NCBI GenBank assembly: GCA_022766605.1 | Contig: JALEOH010000034.1 | Coordinates: forward strand, 4,470 to 68,469 | Origin: Ezakiella sp. | GTDB lineage: Bacteria; Bacillota; Clostridia; Tissierellales; Peptoniphilaceae | DNA length: 64,000 nucleotides | Reading direction: 5' to 3' | Position numbers and translations under genes: made by a program | In this document: piece after piece, positions 56,968 through 64,000 of the stretch | How positions within the stretch are numbered: the stretch's first letter is position 1 | Layout of the letters: each line of letters starts with the position of its first letter | The notes under the pieces: model-generated | Told to the model about the DNA's origin: nothing | The model's database searches: none | What the model saw: the letters and a program-made list of their open reading frames with translations, nothing else

Positions 56968-58326
56968 ATGGATTATATTATTGCATTAAAAGATTTCCTA
57001 TGGAATTATGTCATTATCTTTCTACTAGTTTTTGTTGGAATATTTTTCACTATAAAGTTGAAATTTCCACAGATAAGAAGAATTGGACAAAGTATTAAGT
57101 CGACCGTAGGAGGAGTATTTAAGAAGAAGGAAGGTCCTAAAGAAGAAGGAGAAGTTAGCTCATTTCAAGCACTTTCAACTGCAGTTGCAGCTCAACTTGG
57201 AACGGGTTCAGTAGGGGGAGTTGCATCGGCCATTATGGTTGGTGGTCCTGGTGCGGTATTTTGGATGTGGATATCGGGAATGCTAGGCATGAGTACTATA
57301 TTCGCAGAAGCAATACTTGCCCAAGTATATCGCCAAGAAAAAGATGGCGATATATATGGTGGACCAGCATATTATATTAGAGATGGTCTAAAGAATAAAA
57401 AATTGGCTAAGTTTTTGTCAGTTACATTTGCGATTTTTATCGTGCTTGCACTTGGGTTTGCAGGAAATATGGTTCAATCCAATTCTATTGCAATCTCAAT
57501 GAAAGAAGGCTTTGGAATTAAACCAGCATATATAGGAATTGTTCTTGCAGTACTTGTTGCAATGATAGTAATGGGTGGTATTCAAAGAATCTCAAAAATT
57601 GCTGAACTTATAGTACCGATAATGGCATCGATATTTTTCTTAGCTGGCTTAGTTATACTAGTAATGTTTCGTCAAAATATTATTCCAGTTATAAAGACGA
57701 TTTTTGTTAGTGCTTTTACTGGATCGGCAGTATTTGGGGCAGCAGCTGGTATAAGTGTTCAAACTGCGATTAAGATGGGCTTAAGCCGTGGCTTATTTGC
57801 CAATGAAGCTGGTATGGGAAGCACTCCTCACGCTCATGCAGTTGCCAATGTAGAAAAGCCTGCAGATCAAGGGCTATCAGCCATGTTTGGAGTATTAGTT
57901 GGTATTATTATTTGCACAGTTACGGCATTTTCTATATTATTAACCGACGCTCATTTAGAGAGTTACAAACTTGGACTAGACTCAGTTGCAGTTACTCAAC
58001 TTGCATTTGAGACGGCATTTGGAAGAGCCGGATCGATTTTCTTGGCGATTAGTTTGTTCTTCTTTGCATTTAGTACTATAGTAGGCTGGTATTATTTTGG
58101 CGAGTCAAATATAGTTTATTTATTTGGCAACAAAGCTGTTTTAGTATATAGATTACTTGTTATAATTGCAGTTATGGTCGGAACCGTCGTATCGGTTGAT
58201 ACTGTATGGATGCTTTCCGATACATTCAATGCACTTATGGTAATACCAAATGTAATTGGACTATTGTTGTTGTCAAAAATAGTTGTTAAAGAAGCAGATC
58301 GATTAAATGATCCGCTTAAAAGATAG
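56968..58326 (+). CDS. Alanine/glycine:cation symporter (AGCS) 1
   Basis: GGPGAVFWMW, GGPAYYI, RGLFANEAGMGS; ATG 56968 after GGAGG (ORF-track start 56830 falls on the -35 box). Confidence 0.92.
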   Translation: MDYIIALKDFLWNYVIIFLLVFVGIFFTIKLKFPQIRRIGQSIKSTVGGVFKKKEGPKEEGEVSSFQALSTAVAAQLGTGSVGGVASAIMVGGPGAVFWMWISGMLGMSTIFAEAILAQVYRQEKDGDIYGGPAYYIRDGLKNKKLAKFLSVTFAIFIVLALGFAGNMVQSNSIAISMKEGFGIKPAYIGIVLAVLVAMIVMGGIQRISKIAELIVPIMASIFFLAGLVILVMFRQNIIPVIKTIFVSAFTGSAVFGAAAGISVQTAIKMGLSRGLFANEAGMGSTPHAHAVANVEKPADQGLSAMFGVLVGIIICTVTAFSILLTDAHLESYKLGLDSVAVTQLAFETAFGRAGSIFLAISLFFFAFSTIVGWYYFGESNIVYLFGNKAVLVYRLLVIIAVMVGTVVSVDTVWMLSDTFNALMVIPNVIGLLLLSKIVVKEADRLNDPLKR

Positions 58327-58334
58327 GAGGAAAT

Positions 58335-59678
58335 ATGGATACTATTATTGCTATCAAGGATTTTTTATGGGATTATGTACTAGTATATCTTCTCATCTTT
58401 TCAGGAATTTTTATTACAATAAGACTTGGTTTTCCACAAATTACAAAACTTGCTGAATCTTTTAGAGCTCTTAAAAGGGCAAGAACCGAGACCAAGAAGA
58501 AAGGTCTAGTTACACCGCTACAAGCCTTTTATACATCTCTTGCAGCTCAAATAGGCACGGGAAATGTTGCGGGGGTAGGGGCTGCAATAGTTTTAGGAGG
58601 CCCTGGCGCTGTATTTTGGATGTGGATATCTGGACTACTTGGAATGGCTGTTATATATGCCGAGAGTGTGCTTGCAATTAGTTTTCGCGAAGAAAAAGAT
58701 GGAGAAGTATTTGGAGGCCCTGCTTATTATTTAAAAAATGGAATTAAAAATAAAGCTCTCGGGAAATTCCTCGCAAGCTTATTTGCCATTTTGGTTCTAA
58801 TTGCACTTCCATTTGCTGGAAATATGGTTCAATCCAATTCTATTGCCAACTCTGTACAAAGCTCACTTAATATTTCCCCTGTATATACGGGAGCATTTAT
58901 CGCAGTATTATTATCTTTTATAATAATTGGCGGAGCAAAGAGAATAGGAAAAGTTGCTGAAAGAGTTGTTCCATTTATGATTTTCCTCTTCCTATTACAC
59001 GGATTTGCGATTATAATTAAAAACTATCAAATGCTAGGCGGAGTAATCTCTAGTATTTTTAGCAATGCATTTAGCTCACAAGCAGTTGTCGGTGGAGTGG
59101 TCGGAGTTACAATTAAACAATCGATTAAAAACGGTCTGGCAAGAGGCTTATTTAGTAATGAGGCTGGAATGGGAAGCACACCACATGCAAATGCCCTTGC
59201 TGATGTAGATCATCCAGCAGAACAAGGCATGATCTCCATGTTAACTGTTGTTGTGGATACATTTGTAGTATGCACCATGTCGGCACTTATCATTTTAATT
59301 ACAAATGCTCATATGGTTGAGACTAGCAATTATACCACAGTGCTTCAAAATGGATTCGATATAGCTCTTGGTGGATCGGGCAATGTCTTCTTTACCATTA
59401 CTCTTTTCTTCTTTGCATTTACCACCATATTAGGTTGGTATTACTATGGAGAGAGCAATGTCATGTATCTTTTTGGAAAAGATGCAATCAACTATTATAA
59501 GATATTTGCTATAATAGCAGTTGTAGCAGGAACTATTATAAGCGTCGATACAATTTATACTATAAGTGATTTATTCAATGGATTTATGGTAATTCCAAAT
59601 ACAATTGGAATATTGCTTTTAAGTAAATTTGTCTTGGACAAGAAAAAGGAGTATGACAGATTAAATGTAAGCAAATAA
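58335..59678 (+). CDS. Alanine/glycine:cation symporter (AGCS) 2
   Basis: GTGNVAGV, GGPGAVFWMW, RGLFSNEAGMGS. Confidence 0.92.
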   Translation: MDTIIAIKDFLWDYVLVYLLIFSGIFITIRLGFPQITKLAESFRALKRARTETKKKGLVTPLQAFYTSLAAQIGTGNVAGVGAAIVLGGPGAVFWMWISGLLGMAVIYAESVLAISFREEKDGEVFGGPAYYLKNGIKNKALGKFLASLFAILVLIALPFAGNMVQSNSIANSVQSSLNISPVYTGAFIAVLLSFIIIGGAKRIGKVAERVVPFMIFLFLLHGFAIIIKNYQMLGGVISSIFSNAFSSQAVVGGVVGVTIKQSIKNGLARGLFSNEAGMGSTPHANALADVDHPAEQGMISMLTVVVDTFVVCTMSALIILITNAHMVETSNYTTVLQNGFDIALGGSGNVFFTITLFFFAFTTILGWYYYGESNVMYLFGKDAINYYKIFAIIAVVAGTIISVDTIYTISDLFNGFMVIPNTIGILLLSKFVLDKKKEYDRLNVSK

Positions 59679-59702
59679 AAGGTCGCCTTCGGGCGATTTT
59701 TT
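59679..59702 (+). terminator. Terminator with UUCG tetraloop
   Basis: GGTCGCC-ttcg-GGCGATT followed by T-tract. Confidence 0.85.
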
Positions 59703-59753
59703 GTTGAAATTAAGATAGTATTGGGTAGATATAAAATAGATTTGGAGGTAATT

Positions 59754-60638
59754 ATGGATAAAATTAAACTTGATAAGATGAAAAACGATAAGGGTTTTAT
59801 TGCCGCTCTCGATCAAAGTGGTGGATCAACTCCTAAGGCACTTGAAAATTATGGCATATCACGCGAAAGCTATGAAAGTGATGAAGAGATGTTTAAACTA
59901 GTTCACGAAATGAGAACTAGAATTATAAAATCAAAATCCTTTACTGGAGATAAGATCATTGGTGCAATACTTTTTGAAGTGACAATGGACTCTAAGATCG
60001 ATGGTAAATATACCGCCGATTATCTGTGGGAAGAGAAGCATATTTTGCCATTTTTAAAAGTGGACTCGGGTCTAGCTGAGGCAAAAGATGGCGTAAGATT
60101 GATGAAGGACATTACTGATCTTGACGAAAAGATAAAGCGCGCAAAAGAGAGAAATATATTTGGCACTAAGATGAGATCTGTAATTGATGAGGCAAATGAA
60201 ACTGGAATAAAGGAAATAGTAAAGCAACAGTTTGAATTTGCGAAGAGAATAGCAGAAGGCGGCTTGGTACCGATTGTTGAACCAGAGGTAACCATAACAA
60301 TTCACGACAAAGCTAAGGCGGAAGAGATGCTAAGAAATGAATTAGTAGAGGCAATGAAGAGCTGGGGAGATAAGCCAATTATGTTCAAGCTGAGCTTACC
60401 AGAAGAGGCAAATCTATATGATGTTCTTTGTGATTTCGATGCAACTATTCGCGTGGTAGCACTATCGGGCGGATATAGTTTAGATGAGGCCAATAGAAGA
60501 CTGTCCATGAATCACAATATGATTGCAAGTTTTTCTCGTGCATTAGTAGGTGAATTAAATTACAACCAAAGCGAAGATGAGTTTGATCAAAAGTTAAAAG
60601 AAGCGGTCAACTCGATATATGAAGCTAGTATAAAATAA
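59754..60638 (+). CDS. fda: Fructose-bisphosphate aldolase class I
   Basis: GFIAALDQSGGSTPKAL, PFLKVDSGL, GTKMRSVI, VPIVEPEV, ALSGGY, SFSRAL; ATG 59754 after GGAGG. Confidence 0.93.
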   Translation: MDKIKLDKMKNDKGFIAALDQSGGSTPKALENYGISRESYESDEEMFKLVHEMRTRIIKSKSFTGDKIIGAILFEVTMDSKIDGKYTADYLWEEKHILPFLKVDSGLAEAKDGVRLMKDITDLDEKIKRAKERNIFGTKMRSVIDEANETGIKEIVKQQFEFAKRIAEGGLVPIVEPEVTITIHDKAKAEEMLRNELVEAMKSWGDKPIMFKLSLPEEANLYDVLCDFDATIRVVALSGGYSLDEANRRLSMNHNMIASFSRALVGELNYNQSEDEFDQKLKEAVNSIYEASIK

Positions 60639-60656
60639 AAACGCCCATAGCGTATT

Positions 60657-60702
60657 AAAAAACTCCAAGAGTTAGTTTATAAATTACTCTTGGAGTTTTT
60701 TT
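60657..60702. terminator. Bidirectional terminator
   Basis: AAAAACTCCAAGAGT...ACTCTTGGAGTTTTT 15-bp inverted repeat between convergent genes. Confidence 0.85.
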
Positions 60703-62050
60703 AGAATCTAAAATAGATGAATGGATTAAATGAATCGGTAAAGAGCCTTAAAACAGACACAATAAATAATATTAGTAGTAAAGCTCTTTTTATAAATTTA
60801 TTTTTATCGAGCATTTTGCCTGCCCATGGCGATATCAACAAAATTCCAAATATCCATTCTAATTTATTTTGAAGTATATAGTAAAGCCATGTTCGTCCTT
60901 CGGGAATTGTGAAATTTAAAAAACTCTTAAAATAATTTAGGGCAAGACCCATGCTCTCCGCTCTAAAAATTATCCATCCAATAACTACAAGAGCCATCGT
61001 CACTATATGAGATTTAAATTTATCTTTAAAGACATATCTTTCAATCATTAGGAGCATAAAATTATATAAGCCCCACACTATGAAAGTGTATCCTGCGCCA
61101 TGCCAAAGCCCTGTTAAGAACCATACAACAAGTAGATTAAATATATTACGAGTTTTCGAGCATCTATTTCCTCCTAGTGGAATATATACATAATCTTTAA
61201 AATAACTTGAAAGCGATATATGCCATCTTCTCCAAAATTCCTTTATATTTTTTGAAATATATGGATAGTTGAAATTTTCAAGAAAATTAAAACCAAACAT
61301 CTTTCCCATGCCAATTGCCATGTGAGAATAGGCGGCAAAGTCATAATATATGTGAAGAGTGTAGGCGATTCCTCCAATTAATGCCATTTGAAAATAAAGA
61401 CTTCCAGACATATTTAAATTAAAAGCGGCATCTGCAATTTTACCGAATGGATTTGATAGTAGCATCTTCATCGAAAAGCCAATTAAAAATCTATCAAGTC
61501 CATAGCTGAATCCATCGAGTGAGACAGTTCTTGATTTAAGCTCTTTTGCCACCGTATCATAGCGAACGATGGGTCCAGCTACAAGTTGTGGAAACAAGCT
61601 TACATATAGTGCAGCATCAAACACATTTCTTGCAGGGCTATCCCCTCTATATACATCGACTAGATAGCTTATTGCTTGGAAAGTAAAAAAACTAATTCCA
61701 ATTGGCATAACGATATCAACTGGTTTAATATTAGTAAAGCCTGATAAAATCTCCGTTGCGAAGCCTAGATATTTAAATATGAATAATTGCGATAGCATTA
61801 TTGAAACAGAGATTATTAAAATCGGCTTCTTTCTATTGGGATAGCGACTGATTAGAACCGAGCCTATATGGCTGGTGAGGATTGCTATAAGCATTAAAAT
61901 AACATTTTTGCCTTCTCCATAGATATAAAATAATAAACTAATTGCTAGTAGATATAAATTTCTTAGTTTAATATTTTTGGGAAGCACATGATATAGCAGC
62001 GATAGTGGCATAAAGAAAAATAAAAATACAACTGAAGTAAAGACCATCAC
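60701..62050 (-). CDS. MBOAT family O-acyltransferase (AlgI-like)
   Basis: PIGISFFTFQ, FPQLVAGPI, DFAAYS, NFNYPY, FWRRWHISLS, TGLWHGA. Confidence 0.9.
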   Translation of the reverse strand: MMVFTSVVFLFFFMPLSLLYHVLPKNIKLRNLYLLAISLLFYIYGEGKNVILMLIAILTSHIGSVLISRYPNRKKPILIISVSIMLSQLFIFKYLGFATEILSGFTNIKPVDIVMPIGISFFTFQAISYLVDVYRGDSPARNVFDAALYVSLFPQLVAGPIVRYDTVAKELKSRTVSLDGFSYGLDRFLIGFSMKMLLSNPFGKIADAAFNLNMSGSLYFQMALIGGIAYTLHIYYDFAAYSHMAIGMGKMFGFNFLENFNYPYISKNIKEFWRRWHISLSSYFKDYVYIPLGGNRCSKTRNIFNLLVVWFLTGLWHGAGYTFIVWGLYNFMLLMIERYVFKDKFKSHIVTMALVVIGWIIFRAESMGLALNYFKSFLNFTIPEGRTWLYYILQNKLEWIFGILLISPWAGKMLDKNKFIKRALLLILFIVSVLRLFTDSFNPFIYFRF

Positions 62051-62829
62051 TTACCTCCTTCTCTTGTCGAAATGACAGTATCTATATATACATTTTCAAT
62101 GGATTTTTGAATATTCTTCTTTGCACCGGGAAGCTTTTCCTCTATATCCTTTAGCATCTCCTTTATCTTATCGCGCGATGTAATTAAACTCTTTCTGGTT
62201 AATATACATGCGCAGTCGAGCGAATTAAGACCAGCATAGTCACGAAATCTTATTATATCTTCTTCTTTGCAAAGATATAGAGGGCGAATCAATTTGAGTT
62301 TTTCAAAATTCTTCGAATCGAGCATTGGAAGCATATTTTTATAAGAGCCTTGCATAAACATATTCATAAGCGTAGTTTCAATAACATCATCCATATGATG
62401 CCCTAGGGCTATTTTATTGAATCCTATATCTTGAGCTTTTTGATATAATGCACCACGACGCATTCTCGCACACAAAAAACAAGGATTTTCTCCTGCAATC
62501 TTTTCAGTTATTTCAAATATATCTGTCTTAAATATCTCTAGTTCAAGACCTAGATTATCATAGATGCTTTTAATTGTATTGAGATAATCTTCGGTAAAAC
62601 CCGGATTCATCATAATATGTTTTAGCTCGAAGTTTCTATCTCCGTGGTCATATAGTTCTTGCAATAAAAGAGATAGCGTGATTGAGTCCTTGCCTCCACT
62701 TACGCAGCTCATAATTCTATCGCCAGGCTCTATTAAATTGTATTTTTTTATCGCTTCAATAAATGGACGATAAAGAGGCTTTCTAAACTTTTTGATTAAG
62801 CTACGCCTTATTTCGATTTTATCTCTCAA
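62047..62829 (-). CDS. ttcA: tRNA 2-thiocytidine biosynthesis TtcA family protein
   Basis: PP-loop SGGKDS, CFLCARMRRG, LGHHMDD, IRPL. Confidence 0.85.
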   Translation of the reverse strand: MRDKIEIRRSLIKKFRKPLYRPFIEAIKKYNLIEPGDRIMSCVSGGKDSITLSLLLQELYDHGDRNFELKHIMMNPGFTEDYLNTIKSIYDNLGLELEIFKTDIFEITEKIAGENPCFLCARMRRGALYQKAQDIGFNKIALGHHMDDVIETTLMNMFMQGSYKNMLPMLDSKNFEKLKLIRPLYLCKEEDIIRFRDYAGLNSLDCACILTRKSLITSRDKIKEMLKDIEEKLPGAKKNIQKSIENVYIDTVISTREGGK

Positions 62830-62849
62830 TTTTCCTCCAATTATAATTA

Positions 62850-64000
62850 TTATAATTCATCTTCAGGGTCTAGTGTTTCACCGTCTTTTAGTATTTCAAA
62901 GTGTAGATGAGCTCCGGTTGAATTTCCCGAGGATCCCATTTTACCAACTATATCTCCAGCACTTACTCTATCTCCAACATCAACTTCTATTTTTAGAAGA
63001 TGAGCATATCTAGTTTCATATCCGTCGCGATGCCTTATAAATACACAATATCCATAGCTACCACTATATCCTGCATGAATAACTTCTCCAGCAGCAGATG
63101 CAAGTATATTTGCACCAAGTCCACTGCCTATGTCAAGGCCGCGATGAAATCCATCATATCTAGGTCCATATTTCGATGTGATATATCCAGTTGCTGGCCA
63201 TTTGAATCTAAGCTTAGATAGCAGACTTCTATCTCCAACTCTAATTATTTGGCTAATTGGCTCTCTTATAATATTTTCCTTTAAGACTTTTGTATAGACT
63301 ATGCGATTGTTGATATAGGCATTTTCACTTTTTCTTGCAATTAGTCCATCTTGACCTTCACGCTCAACTATTGATTCGCCCTTATCCAAGGTCTCGTCGA
63401 AATTAAATATAGTAGAAGTGTGTAGAATAATCTTTTCATCCAACTCATCTTTTATTAAAACGTCAAATCCATCCCCAAACTTGACATATCCTTCGTTATA
63501 TCCGTTGTATTTAGTTAGTCCATCCTCTGGTCTATTGGATATAATCGTATCTTTTATGGACTCGTGCAAATAATCGATAAATTCGTCTTTAGTCATAATT
63601 TTATTTACACCAATTGGCTCATATAAAATTTCAACCTCTTCTATAAAATCAATTGATTTTACTATTTGATTCTTATCTCTAAGAAATGAAGATTTAAAAT
63701 TGCTAAGTGCATCAAGTGCATCGTCTCTATCCTTGAGAGCTGCAATGTATTTTCCATTTTTGTTTACCACCCAAGCATTTGTAAGTGGCGTTAGTTCACT
63801 ATATATAATATCAGAAAGCTCATATTTATCAAGATCGAATTTAAAACTATATACATCGGTGGTTTTAATAGTTGGATCAAAAAAAAATTCGCTATTAATT
63901 TCTTTTATTTTTTTATTGGCAATTTCAATTGCCTTGTCAATACTTGAAATATTATCTATTATGCCGATATTTTTTCCATTTAGAATTAGGCTAGCTCTCT
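62850..64000 (-). CDS. M23 peptidase with G5 domain (5'-truncated by window edge)
   Basis: Frame stays open from 63770 to the window end (...RASLILNGKNIGIIDN...); G5 (EGQDG...EPISQIIRVG), HRGLD, YAHL, TGAHLHFE. Confidence 0.88.
   Translation of the reverse strand, partial: RASLILNGKNIGIIDNISSIDKAIEIANKKIKEINSEFFFDPTIKTTDVYSFKFDLDKYELSDIIYSELTPLTNAWVVNKNGKYIAALKDRDDALDALSNFKSSFLRDKNQIVKSIDFIEEVEILYEPIGVNKIMTKDEFIDYLHESIKDTIISNRPEDGLTKYNGYNEGYVKFGDGFDVLIKDELDEKIILHTSTIFNFDETLDKGESIVEREGQDGLIARKSENAYINNRIVYTKVLKENIIREPISQIIRVGDRSLLSKLRFKWPATGYITSKYGPRYDGFHRGLDIGSGLGANILASAAGEVIHAGYSGSYGYCVFIRHRDGYETRYAHLLKIEVDVGDRVSAGDIVGKMGSSGNSTGAHLHFEILKDGETLDPEDEL

Noticed and set aside
1-64000. CRISPR array, IS element, prophage or selenocysteine read-through
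   Set aside because: No regularly spaced repeats, transposase, integrase or phage genes; no TGA interrupting an otherwise continuous domain was noticed

Overview
64-kb chromosomal window from a low-GC anaerobic Firmicute. Gene content and the absence of mreB from the mre cluster suggest a Tissierellia/Peptoniphilaceae-like coccus (inference). It is mostly core and amino-acid-fermentation genes: brnQ, dxs, tRNA-Ser plus large SRP RNA, an LTA synthase, SAM-riboswitch-controlled metNIQ, aspA, GlcNAc PTS with nagA/ptsI, asparaginase, a methylaspartate glutamate-fermentation operon (glutamate mutase, methylaspartase, Fe-S hydratase, citrate/citramalate-lyase subunits), uraA, radC-mreC-mreD-pbp2, lplA-lipA-lpdA, ECF-S/pdxK, two alanine/glycine symporters, class I aldolase, MBOAT, ttcA and an M23 peptidase. 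Two accessory loci stand out. At 41.1-44.2 kb a 41-aa precursor-like ORF absent from the ORF track (C-terminus ASANWICGAGSC) precedes a radical SAM/SPASM enzyme and an ABC exporter, a candidate new RiPP cluster. At 3.1-6.7 kb a Cys-rich 57-aa peptide precedes two ABC exporters with no maturase. The two loci are 38 kb apart yet share a nearly identical promoter/RBS leader (AGAGAAAG(A)GAGGAATTGAAATGA), suggesting a linked or split peptide system. A 33-aa single-TM small protein with its own promoter (27504-27605) is also missing from the ORF track. No integrase, IS element, prophage or CRISPR array was seen.
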